IMG/VR virus record: IMGVR_UViG_3300037473_000309 | DNA length: 55,948 nucleotides | Direction: 5' to 3' (one strand) | Origin: a virus | In this document: positions 27,468 to 35,462 of the stretch, one piece after another | How positions within the stretch are numbered: the stretch's first letter is position 1 | How the letters are laid out: every line of letters begins with the position of its first letter | Notes under the pieces: generated by a model | What the model saw: the letters and a program-made list of their open reading frames with translations, nothing else | Databases searched by the model: none | Told to the model about the DNA's origin: nothing | Program-made: the position numbers and the translations under genes

Positions 27468-27839
27468 TTATCTTAAATTCATTATTTTATTATTAAATTC
27501 TTTTAATTGTGATCTATTTAATTCTTGTAATTTTTCAGCATTAAATTCTCCGAGTATTGATTTTATTATTTGCCTATTATTGTTATCATGATCAATTAAA
27601 TTAAGTACTTTATTTTTAACTTCTTCAATATCTACTTCTTCAGTTTTTAATTCTTGTATCTTATCTTCAGTCTTATTAAATTGAAAAGGTAACCTACTTG
27701 TTACAAATTCTCTTAATCTATCAAAACATTGTTCTTTTGTTTCAGTTAAATCCATAGTATCTTCAACAGATATTTCTACCGTAACATTTTCATAATTACC
27801 AAGATTTCTAGTTTCTCTTTTGCTATATTTTATTTTCAT
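27468..27839 (-). CDS. Hypothetical early protein (first gene of the leftward operon)
   Basis: 123-aa ORF with a strong GGAGGGGA Shine-Dalgarno (reverse complement of 27841-27848). Confidence 0.5.
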   Translation of the reverse strand: MKIKYSKRETRNLGNYENVTVEISVEDTMDLTETKEQCFDRLREFVTSRLPFQFNKTEDKIQELKTEEVDIEEVKNKVLNLIDHDNNNRQIIKSILGEFNAEKLQELNRSQLKEFNNKIMNLR

Positions 27840-27882
27840 TTCCCCTCCATTGTTTTACCTTTAGGTTAAATTGAGTTTTTGC

Positions 27883-27910
27883 ATAATATGTAAAATTATT
27901 CTGCTGTCAA
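27883..27910 (-). promoter_or_regulatory. Leftward sigma70-like promoter (TTGACA-16-TATTAT on the minus strand)
   Basis: The plus strand shows ataata (27883-27888) and tgtcaa (27905-27910). The 11-bp operator half-site TGTAAAATTAT (27889-27899) lies in the spacer. Confidence 0.5.
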
Positions 27911-27918
27911 TAGATATT

Positions 27919-27947
27919 TTGACTTAAATATAATTTTACAGTAAAAT
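27919..27947 (+). promoter_or_regulatory. Rightward sigma70-like promoter (TTGACT-17-TAAAAT)
   Basis: TTGACT at 27919-27924 and TAAAAT at 27942-27947. The inverted operator half-site ATAATTTTACA (27930-27940) lies in the spacer. Confidence 0.5.
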
Positions 27948-27973
27948 AGTCGCATATCTTATAGAAAGGTTAT

Positions 27974-28201
27974 ATGACAAAAAAAGAAGAATTAATTAGA
28001 TTCAGTGGAACATTGCCACTTGAATTATCAGAGGAATTTAAAAAACAAGCTTTGTTAGAACAAAGATCATTAAATGCAGTTTTTAATGATGCAATCAAAG
28101 TTTATCTTAATAAATGTCAACCTATCCCAAGAGAATTGATTGAAAATATTAATAACTGGATAGAAGATCAAAAACATAATAAAGAAAAAAATAATGAATA
28201 A
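27974..28201 (+). CDS. Ribbon-helix-helix (CopG/Arc-like) DNA-binding protein
   Basis: 75 aa. IRFSGTLPLELSEEFKKQALLEQRSLNAVFNDAIKVYL fits a beta-strand plus two-helix RHH pattern. Confidence 0.55.
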   Translation: MTKKEELIRFSGTLPLELSEEFKKQALLEQRSLNAVFNDAIKVYLNKCQPIPRELIENINNWIEDQKHNKEKNNE

Positions 28202-28382
28202 ATTTTATATATACTTGGGGAGAACATTACTGTTAACATTAGGTGGATTTTTATTATATCTATTAATTACATCTATAATGGATGATTTAGAAGAAAAAGA
28301 ACCTAGATCCTCTTCTGTTATATATTATCCCCGCATGTATAGACATTAAAATAGTTATATACACTGTTATTGATTACCTTCT

Positions 28383-28420
28383 AACCATATTGTTGATACC
28401 ACCAATATGGTTTTTCTTTT
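28383..28420 (+). terminator. Rho-independent terminator
   Basis: A 10-bp stem AACCATATTG/CAATATGGTT with a 10-nt loop, followed by TTTTCTTTTTT. Confidence 0.6.
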
Positions 28421-28430
28421 TTGCATACTT

Positions 28431-28458
28431 GAGGTCCCTTCCAATCTGAAGGGACCTC
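28431..28458 (+). terminator. Second stem-loop (perfect 11-bp stem), tandem to the previous terminator
   Basis: GAGGTCCCTTC-caatct-GAAGGGACCTC, followed by a T-rich tract, ttattcatttta. Confidence 0.5.
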
Positions 28459-28640
28459 TTATTCATTTTAACTTTAGACGGTTTAGATGCTTTAGCAATG
28501 AGGAACATCTAAATTATTATATACCCGAATAAAAGTAAATCTTCCCGAATTCGTCCCGATTAAAATAATCACGTACTGAATAAAGTTTACATGTATTAAA
28601 TATTTAACATTTATATTGTTAGTTTTACAAAGACTTTTAT

Positions 28641-28890
28641 AAAAAGATGCGCCCATGCGCCCAATACGGCATAAAGCTTATAAAAAGATGCGCCCATACA
28701 TACGCCCTAGATGTGTACTTATAGAATTAATTAGGGGCATAAGGGCGCATCCGGCGCATCTAAATATAAATATTCTTTTTATTTTAAAAAATTTTTTCTC
28801 ACGAATATCTTTTATATAGAAAAGATGCGCCCATGCGCCCAATACGGCATAAAGCCTAGGAAAAGATGCGCCCATAGATGCGCCCTAGAT
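28641..28890. promoter_or_regulatory. Iteron array flanking an AT-rich core (candidate replication origin; alternative: packaging or regulator binding site)
   Basis: The core GATGCGCC(CAT) occurs directly at 28646, 28687, 28824, 28865 and 28877, and inverted at 28743-28751 and 28753-28760. There are also ATGCGCCC half-copies. Two ~72-bp units (28641-28712 and 28819-28890) are near-identical, and 28761-28819 is almost pure A/T. Confidence 0.55.
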
Positions 28891-28966
28891 AAGCCATATA
28901 AGTATAATAAGTATATAAAGAGTAAGAATAAGCAATAATCCTTAAAAAGTCTTAATCCAATAATCA

Positions 28967-28994
28967 TTGACTAATTCCTTTTATATTCTAATAT
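28967..28994 (+). promoter_or_regulatory. Sigma70-like promoter (TTGACT-16-TAATAT) for the primase/helicase operon
   Basis: Direct reading, 32 nt upstream of ATG 29026. Confidence 0.45.
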
Positions 28995-29025
28995 TCCTAC
29001 TCTAATGGGAAACAAGAGACGGTAA

Positions 29026-31155
29026 ATGTATACAAAAGTAGCATTTGTAAAGAACAATAAAGATATTCATCCTATCGATAAATCGCTATCATTCGAGGAT
29101 TTAATTACTATTTTAAGCAATTTCATAGATTCAGATAAAGATAATGCACCTGGAATAATAGGGGGATACTTCAATGGAAAAACAAGAGATACCCATAATT
29201 TGCATGCACGCACTCTGTTAATACTGGATGTAGATTATTACAAAGGCTCAATAAACGATTTAGAGGTACTTTTTAAGAGGGATTTGCATTCTTATAGGTA
29301 TATTGCTTATTCAACAGCATCTCACGTTATAAATGCTCCTAGAATTCGAATTGTGTTATTTTTTGCTACCGAAGTAAAAACAGAAGATTATACTGATGTT
29401 AGTTTAAATTTTATTAATTCTTTATTTGAAGATTTTAAAAAAACACTCCAGATACCTACTTGTATTAAGCGTAATCAGATTATGTATCTTCCTATTAAAC
29501 CACATAAAGATTACATAGCTTGGCATACTCATCAAGATGGAAAATTAATAGATCCCATCCTTTATATAGAATCTTCTAATTTACCTATTGTAGAAAAAGA
29601 TCAATTTGCATTAACAGTAAAAAACAATCCATTAGATATTAATGATTCAAATATTATTAGTTATCTTAATAAGTATCCTGTGGAAGAAAGAGATTATTAC
29701 GAATGGTTAGAAGTTGGGGCAGCGTTACATCATCAATATAAGGGTGAGCCTGAAGGGTTAATAATGTGGAACATGTGGTCTAAACGAGATCCCAGGCCAG
29801 ATAAATATAAAGGGTTATATGAATTAGAGGCTAAATGGAATAGCTTTAAAATGAACATTGAAAACCCTATAACTTTTGCAACTATAATTTATAAAAGTAC
29901 TAATAACTTACCGATGGAAACATCAGGAGAATATAGACCATTAGCTAAGAGCAAATGGAAAGATACTAGAGGTAAGACTAATACGCCTCTTTTTACTTAT
30001 TCTAATTTTAAAACTTTATTAGAAGAATATAAAATTAGTATTAGATTTGATGTAATAAAAAAAAATATTGAAATCAAATTTAATGAAATAAAAGAGGTTG
30101 ATATCAATGATGGAATTACATTAATTAAATCTCTTTGTGAACTTAATGGGATGAAAACTAATCCTGTTAATGAGTTTGTAGGATTAGTAGCAAGAAAAAA
30201 TACTTTTAATAGTTGGAAGGATTGGGTGTGTTCCCTTCCGTGGGACGGAATAAAAAGATTTGATGATTTTTGTCAAACAGTAGAAGTGTTACCTGAATTT
30301 AGAGAACTTAGGGATTTATATTTAAAAAAATGGTTTTTACAATTAATCAATATTACATGTTTTAATGATGAAGAGGAAGGTAAAGTTGCCAGGATGATAC
30401 TTGTTTTTCAAGGAAAACAATATTCAGGTAAGACTAGTTGGTTTAAATCATTAGTCCCTTCTATTCATAACAATTTCGTTACTGAAGGTGCTACATTAAA
30501 GATTTCAGATAGTATGACAGTCTTACGATGTATTCAACATGTGATAGTTGAACTTGGTGAAATTAATTCAACCATGCGTAAATCTGATATAGATGAGCTT
30601 AAGAATTTTTTGAGTTCATCAGAAGATATTTTGAATATGAAATATGTTACTCATCCTGTTACTTATAGACGTCGTACAGTATTTTTTGGATCAGTTAATG
30701 AGACTGAATTTTTACAAGATCAAACAGATAATACCAGGTTTATATGTTTACCAATTATTAGTTGTAATTATAAACATAATATGGATATGCAACAGATATA
30801 TGCTGAACTATTAGAAATAGCAAAAACTGACAATAATTATTTTTTAAGTTCTGAAGATTTAAATATTCAGAAGAAAATGAATTCGCAATTTAAAAGTATT
30901 TCGGTATTAGAAGAGAAATTAAATGAAATATTTGAAGTAGAAAACATTTTAGTTCAACCTAAAAGTACAATGATGATATATAATGCTACTAGAATTCTTG
31001 AAGAGTTAGGATTTAATATAAATCATATGGCACATAAGAAGAATTTGACTAATGAAATGGCAAAGATATTAGATTCTTATGGGTTTAAAAGAAGTAAAGA
31101 ACCAAGAGGATGGTATATGCCAAATAAAAGAGCAATAAACAATATAGGTTTTTAA
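29026..31155 (+). CDS. Primase/helicase: AEP-like primase N-terminus + PriCT-2-like domain + VirE-family P-loop ATPase
   Basis: LILDVDYY (acidic motif) and YSTASH are in the N-terminal part. YYEWLEVGAALHHQYKGEPEGLIMWNMWSKRD...KWNSF resembles PriCT-2. Walker A is FQGKQYSGKTSW. VIVELGEINST...LKNFLSS..D..N.KY......Y.RRTVFFGSVNE.EFLQDQTDNTRF matches the recalled VirE pattern. Confidence 0.85.
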   Translation: MYTKVAFVKNNKDIHPIDKSLSFEDLITILSNFIDSDKDNAPGIIGGYFNGKTRDTHNLHARTLLILDVDYYKGSINDLEVLFKRDLHSYRYIAYSTASHVINAPRIRIVLFFATEVKTEDYTDVSLNFINSLFEDFKKTLQIPTCIKRNQIMYLPIKPHKDYIAWHTHQDGKLIDPILYIESSNLPIVEKDQFALTVKNNPLDINDSNIISYLNKYPVEERDYYEWLEVGAALHHQYKGEPEGLIMWNMWSKRDPRPDKYKGLYELEAKWNSFKMNIENPITFATIIYKSTNNLPMETSGEYRPLAKSKWKDTRGKTNTPLFTYSNFKTLLEEYKISIRFDVIKKNIEIKFNEIKEVDINDGITLIKSLCELNGMKTNPVNEFVGLVARKNTFNSWKDWVCSLPWDGIKRFDDFCQTVEVLPEFRELRDLYLKKWFLQLINITCFNDEEEGKVARMILVFQGKQYSGKTSWFKSLVPSIHNNFVTEGATLKISDSMTVLRCIQHVIVELGEINSTMRKSDIDELKNFLSSSEDILNMKYVTHPVTYRRRTVFFGSVNETEFLQDQTDNTRFICLPIISCNYKHNMDMQQIYAELLEIAKTDNNYFLSSEDLNIQKKMNSQFKSISVLEEKLNEIFEVENILVQPKSTMMIYNATRILEELGFNINHMAHKKNLTNEMAKILDSYGFKRSKEPRGWYMPNKRAINNIGF

Positions 31156-31156
31156 C

Positions 31157-31504
31157 ATGGGAAAATGTAAAGACGAAGAAGATGAGAATCTAATAGTAAC
31201 TTTTAATGCAGAAAATAATAATTTCTTATGGTGGAAGCATTTATTATATAAATGTGAAGTATATAAGCGTCCTATTAGTAATAAACCTGATTTTAAAAGT
31301 TGGGCATCATCTTATATTATATCAAGAATAAAACATTTAATAGATATAAAAGGGGAAAAAGGTAAGAAGGTAAAACCTTCTTCTTATATAATAGGAATGT
31401 CATCTAAATGGTCTAAAGAGAAATTAGATGAAAATATTGAAAATTTCGTAGATAATATTATGCAATACACCTATGGAGATAAGAAAATAAGATGGGAGAA
31501 CTAA
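31157..31504 (+). CDS. Hypothetical protein
   Basis: 115-aa ORF, 1 nt after the primase stop. Confidence 0.45.
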   Translation: MGKCKDEEDENLIVTFNAENNNFLWWKHLLYKCEVYKRPISNKPDFKSWASSYIISRIKHLIDIKGEKGKKVKPSSYIIGMSSKWSKEKLDENIENFVDNIMQYTYGDKKIRWEN

Positions 31505-31857
31505 GTGAAGAGAATAAGTTTGAAATTATCTTTTATATAAAAGAGGGCGATCATAATATTTATTATGAAATATCTTATGTTGTTTCATATAGTAATCCTT
31601 TATATACCGATGAAGAAGTTTTAGATAAATATAATAAGTATGCTGCTAAATTTGAAATGTATATTAATGAAGCATTAGATAAAATAATTAATGAACATAA
31701 ATTAGACGGAACTGGACCTTCTTTAATAAAAAGGAAAATAAAGCGTGGGGAATTTAAAAAACTAGAGATCCTAAATATATTGAAAATATCTTCTTTATGG
31801 GATGATAAAGTAATTAGGGATAATATACATAATTATATACTAATGAAGAAGTTTTAG
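31492..31857 (+). CDS. Hypothetical protein
   Basis: 121-aa ORF overlapping the upstream gene by 13 nt. Confidence 0.45.
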   Translation: MGELSEENKFEIIFYIKEGDHNIYYEISYVVSYSNPLYTDEEVLDKYNKYAAKFEMYINEALDKIINEHKLDGTGPSLIKRKIKRGEFKKLEILNILKISSLWDDKVIRDNIHNYILMKKF

Positions 31858-31880
31858 ATAAATACTAAAAAAGAGGAATA

Positions 31881-32315
31881 ATGAATACAAATTTTAATAA
31901 CATAGAAGTTAAATTTAGGATTTTTCGTAAGGATAAGATAGAACCTGAATTACATATAGATATTATAATTTTTAAAGGTGCAGATAATTATCCAATCGAG
32001 ATATTTGATAAAAGTTCTTTAACTGAAACTGAAAAATTGATGTTTAAGTTTTTAGAGGAAGAAAGGGTAAATATATACAAAAGATTTACTAAGAATTTGA
32101 ATAACAATAAACAGTTGTTTGTGAATTTTATTACAAATGTAGAAGAAACACCTCATTTATTTTATAGGACTAGAGAGGTTGCACTTTTTAGTAAAGAAGA
32201 ATTTGAGGATCATCTTACCTATCCTGCTAAAAAGAATTATATTATTAGAAACTTAAAAGATGCTTTTCAAAATTTAATTAAGAATGCTAAAATTAGTGGT
32301 CAAGATAAAAAATAA
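31881..32315 (+). CDS. Hypothetical protein
   Basis: 144-aa ORF with AGAGGA Shine-Dalgarno. Confidence 0.45.
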   Translation: MNTNFNNIEVKFRIFRKDKIEPELHIDIIIFKGADNYPIEIFDKSSLTETEKLMFKFLEEERVNIYKRFTKNLNNNKQLFVNFITNVEETPHLFYRTREVALFSKEEFEDHLTYPAKKNYIIRNLKDAFQNLIKNAKISGQDKK

Positions 32316-32374
32316 TGGAAATTAAATTTATCATTAAACCTGAAAAACTAATAAAATAAATAGGAATTTAATAT

Positions 32375-32875
32375 ATGAATTTACCTTTAAAGAAAGTTAA
32401 GAATAAAAAAGGTAATCCTGCATTTGTAAAGGGTCATACATTAGCTACCGGAAGACCTAAGGGAAGGTACAATGATATGACCTTAAATTTTATGAAGCTT
32501 AAGAACATTGCATCAAATAAGGCTGAGGAAGCTTTTGAGATATTATGGGATGCAATGAAAAGGGATGAACCATGGGCGCATCAGATATATTTTAAAGAGC
32601 TTTATAGTTTACCTAAGCATGTTGATGAAAAGCGTGTAATTATTACTAATAAAGAAACAAGTATAGATGGTCAGATTGAAGTACTTACAAGCATATTACC
32701 TGAATTTGATGAGGTTACGCATGATGAATCGCTTGATAGGTTGAAAGTATTGAATGCTGTTAAGGGTAATGAGGTATTAAATGAACAGACTGAAGAGATA
32801 AGAGAGACTAGGGAATCTTTACTTGAAAAAGTTGAGCTTATACAACAGATAAGGGATTTGAAGGAGAAGATATGA
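32375..32875 (+). CDS. Basic N-terminal GNP...GRPKG motif protein (DUF5681-like / small-terminase-like DNA-binding protein, uncertain)
   Basis: KKGNPAFVKGHTLATGRPKGRYN is followed by an acidic coiled-coil tail. The gene carries one inverted copy of the iteron core (ATGGGCGCATC at 32572-32582). Confidence 0.4.
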   Translation: MNLPLKKVKNKKGNPAFVKGHTLATGRPKGRYNDMTLNFMKLKNIASNKAEEAFEILWDAMKRDEPWAHQIYFKELYSLPKHVDEKRVIITNKETSIDGQIEVLTSILPEFDEVTHDESLDRLKVLNAVKGNEVLNEQTEEIRETRESLLEKVELIQQIRDLKEKI

Positions 32876-33063
32876 GTGTATATTATAATAATTATGAAGA
32901 TGAGGAAATAGGAAATTATTTAAGCCAATTAAATAATAATCCTAATGAAAAATCTGACTTTGAAATAAAATATGGGAGATTGCCAACTAAAGGGGCTATA
33001 GGTTTATATCTTTTTAGAAAACATTTTGGTAAATTAGAAAATATATTAAAGGAGGAAAAATGA
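32872..33063 (+). CDS. Hypothetical protein
   Basis: 63-aa ORF with an ATGA overlap with the upstream stop. Confidence 0.4.
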   Translation: MSVYYNNYEDEEIGNYLSQLNNNPNEKSDFEIKYGRLPTKGAIGLYLFRKHFGKLENILKEEK

Positions 33064-33206
33064 AAGATAAAACTATACATAATCCATATCATATAAATCA
33101 TTATCTTACTACTGAAACAGCATTTTATAGTGGAATCCTTATTTATGATTGGGAAAATGATGAATTTGAAGGTGATACGTTTTTAAATTCATTGAGTATT
33201 GTATAA
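33060..33206 (+). CDS. Hypothetical small protein (not in the ORF track)
   Basis: 48-aa ORF MKDKTIHNPYHINHYLTTETAFYSGILIYDWENDEFEGDTFLNSLSIV. It has an ATGA overlap with the upstream stop. Confidence 0.3.
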   Translation: MKDKTIHNPYHINHYLTTETAFYSGILIYDWENDEFEGDTFLNSLSIV

Positions 33207-33213
33207 ACGGAAA

Positions 33214-33510
33214 ATGAGAACTAAAAAATTATTAAAAGATCTAATTTCAATAACTACACATGATTTAGATAAATGGCATGAAGCTATGGGTAAGTTTGAT
33301 AAAGCTAAATGGAAAGATCACAATAAACATTGTGAGTTATATTCAAAACACCAATCTAAAGAAGAGAGAGAGTTTTATGAGGAATCGATAAGATTACATA
33401 ATGAATATAAAAAAGAATTGTTATCTATTCCTACTAATTATACTACTTCCACAGAGTGGGGATGGAGTAGTAAGCTTCCTTTAAATCCAACCTTTAATGA
33501 AGAAGAGTAA
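33214..33510 (+). CDS. Hypothetical protein
   Basis: The track ORF starts at TTG 33199. The first ATG (MRTKKLLKD...) is at 33214. Confidence 0.45.
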   Translation: MRTKKLLKDLISITTHDLDKWHEAMGKFDKAKWKDHNKHCELYSKHQSKEEREFYEESIRLHNEYKKELLSIPTNYTTSTEWGWSSKLPLNPTFNEEE

Positions 33511-33513
33511 TAA

Positions 33514-33771
33514 ATGTTTGATGGGGAAGTAGAAGAATTACTATGTAAAATATTTGAGGAATTTCCTATTGTATTATCTGAAATCTTGAGAAATTTAGAA
33601 GTTTCTGGTTATGATATAGATGATTCAGATTATACTACAGATGAATTTCAGGATAATATAGAAGAAATAAGAAAGAGATACGGAGAAGAAGCATTAATAC
33701 ATTTAAGGGCTTATGTAAATAGAGGTATTGATTTTGTAAATAAACGTGGATATTGGCATCAAAATTTTTGA
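33514..33771 (+). CDS. Hypothetical acidic protein
   Basis: 85-aa ORF, 3 nt after the upstream stop. Confidence 0.45.
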   Translation: MFDGEVEELLCKIFEEFPIVLSEILRNLEVSGYDIDDSDYTTDEFQDNIEEIRKRYGEEALIHLRAYVNRGIDFVNKRGYWHQNF

Positions 33772-33784
33772 GGAATAAATAATC

Positions 33785-33964
33785 ATGCTACGGAAAAATT
33801 GTAAAGAATATAATAGTGATTATGAAGGTTACACTCGAGTATCTTTTAATAAAGGGAAAATGACTTTACAGAAATATACAGGTGAAAAGTGGGTAGAAAC
33901 AGATCTAGAAGAATGGCAAGAATTAGTACGTCTTTATCAGATAAGTGAAGATATAATAAATTAG
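33785..33964 (+). CDS. Hypothetical small protein (not in the ORF track)
   Basis: 59-aa ORF MLRKNCKEYNSDYEGYTRVSFNKGKMTLQKYTGEKWVETDLEEWQELVRLYQISEDIIN. It fills the 33772-33975 gap. Confidence 0.3.
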   Translation: MLRKNCKEYNSDYEGYTRVSFNKGKMTLQKYTGEKWVETDLEEWQELVRLYQISEDIIN

Positions 33965-33975
33965 GAATATATAAC

Positions 33976-34617
33976 ATGAAACTAGAGCTATCTGATTTTA
34001 GCTATTTAGGAATAGATATACAAAAATATTCTGATGAAGAAAGGAAAAATTTTAAAAATGGTATAGAAGTTGATGATTTAATTGAATACGTAGATGGATG
34101 GCTTGGTTATGTATGTAAGATTCATGGGGATATTCATATAGCATTACATTCAATTTGTTGGGAAATATATAAGAATAGAAATGAAGAATTTAAAAGTAGA
34201 TATGTTTATAAGACTGTTTTAGAAGGAATGATTGAATTAAGGGAAAAAGGTATAAATGTTTTACATAAAGAACTTAATCCTTTTAAAGATGGGGAATTTA
34301 TAGAGGCGGAATTTATAGAAAGATACTATCTTTATCCTGAAATATTAGAAGTTTTAAAAGACCGTAACATTAAAAGATTAAAACAATTATTTGAAGAAAG
34401 GGAGAATCTTACTACTAAACCTTTAAAAGCTCACATGGAACGTGAAACTGAAAAGATGCAAGAATTACAGCAATTTCTTACAAGGTTTGTAGAACTAATA
34501 AGTAATGCACCTGATGAAATTTATGAAGATTATAGTACCTTAACATTTTATAATAGGTTGAATTCTTTAGCTAAAGAATATAAAAAGTATGAAACTGATA
34601 ATTGTGAGAAGGAGTAG
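33976..34617 (+). CDS. Hypothetical protein
   Basis: 213-aa ORF. No recognisable motif. Confidence 0.5.
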   Translation: MKLELSDFSYLGIDIQKYSDEERKNFKNGIEVDDLIEYVDGWLGYVCKIHGDIHIALHSICWEIYKNRNEEFKSRYVYKTVLEGMIELREKGINVLHKELNPFKDGEFIEAEFIERYYLYPEILEVLKDRNIKRLKQLFEERENLTTKPLKAHMERETEKMQELQQFLTRFVELISNAPDEIYEDYSTLTFYNRLNSLAKEYKKYETDNCEKE

Positions 34618-34623
34618 AATAAT

Positions 34624-34845
34624 ATGCAATTTATTATATTTATTGTAATGATAATAAGTTCTATGGTGGCAATAAATTTTGCTTTTAGAGCTCATTTGTT
34701 ATGGGGTGTGTTATGTGTATTTTTTACTATTATTTCAATGATGATAGTTTTTGATTCTTATAAATTTAAGGGTGAAACTCAATATAAATTAGGGATATTA
34801 AAAGATAAAAAGTATAAACTAAAAGAAGAAATATATTATGGATAA
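34624..34845 (+). CDS. Small membrane protein (2 TM)
   Basis: 73 aa. Hydrophobic stretches are FIIFIVMIISSMVAINFAF and LLWGVLCVFFTIISMMIVF. Confidence 0.45.
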   Translation: MQFIIFIVMIISSMVAINFAFRAHLLWGVLCVFFTIISMMIVFDSYKFKGETQYKLGILKDKKYKLKEEIYYG

Positions 34846-35083
34846 TGAACTTATAAAAGTTTGTATAGGGAGTATTATTATAGCATTATGGGTATATAAT
34901 AATATTTATTATGATCAATTCAAAGGTTTAATAAATAGTTTGTTTATAATATTATTGATATTAGGTATTTCATATAATAAAGATAATATTAAATCTATTG
35001 ATACAAGATTAAAACAGATAGAAGAATTGATTTATGATAATAATTCTGAAGAGACAAGGATTGAGATATCATATGTTTTATAA
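34838..35083 (+). CDS. Small membrane protein (2 TM)
   Basis: 81 aa, overlapping the upstream gene by 8 nt. Hydrophobic stretches are VCIGSIIIALWVY and LINSLFIILLILGISY. Confidence 0.45.
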   Translation: MDNELIKVCIGSIIIALWVYNNIYYDQFKGLINSLFIILLILGISYNKDNIKSIDTRLKQIEELIYDNNSEETRIEISYVL

Positions 35084-35112
35084 TCGGCATTATGGAAAGT
35101 AAACAAGTCACG

Positions 35113-35189
35113 GTGAAAGTAGTTTAAACGGATAAAATCCCGGCATGTGAAGCTGGTAGTTGGGGGTTCGAATCCCTCCTTTCACACCA
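35113..35189 (+). tRNA. tRNA-His: tRNA-His (anticodon GTG), A73 discriminator, CCA encoded
   Basis: GTGAAAG-TA-GTTT-AAACGGATA-AAAT-C-CCGGC-ATGTGAA-GCTGG-TAGTT-GGGGG-TTCGAAT-CCCTC-CTTTCAC-A-CCA. A genomic G precedes position 1 but faces A73. Confidence 0.85.
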
Positions 35190-35210
35190 TCTTATATATT
35201 AGGTATTAAA

Positions 35211-35462
35211 ATGAGTAATAGTTTTTATGATTTCATGGTAATGCAATCATGTTTAGCTTTAGAAAGAAAGCGTAAGAATGGTGAAACATATACTATTGAA
35301 GAAATAGAACAATATACTAAGGAAAACCCTAATAAAGTTTTTCAAGGTGATTTAGTACCCGCAAAGAACGAAGGTTATTTGGTATATCTAGGTGATAACA
35401 AATGGATAAATTTAGATGATCTTAATAATTTATGTTTTAATATAAGTAAGGAAACAGTATGA
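35211..35462 (+). CDS. Hypothetical protein
   Basis: The track ORF 35160..35462 was trimmed to ATG 35211 (MSNSFYDF...). The longer N-terminus is the translated 3' half of tRNA-His. Confidence 0.45.
   Translation: MSNSFYDFMVMQSCLALERKRKNGETYTIEEIEQYTKENPNKVFQGDLVPAKNEGYLVYLGDNKWINLDDLNNLCFNISKETV

Noticed and set aside
28678-28875. 65-aa minus-strand ORF and a possible CRISPR-like array in the 28.6-28.9 kb repeat region
   Set aside because: The ORF is built entirely from the GC-rich iteron copies and has no Shine-Dalgarno. The repeats are 9-12 bp cores in both orientations with irregular spacing, not 25-40-bp repeats with unique spacers, and no cas genes are present.
35160-35210. N-terminal extension of track ORF 35160..35462 (MGVRIPPFTPSYILGIK)
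   Set aside because: It translates the T-arm and acceptor 3' half of tRNA-His from a non-ATG start. The CDS was trimmed to ATG 35211.
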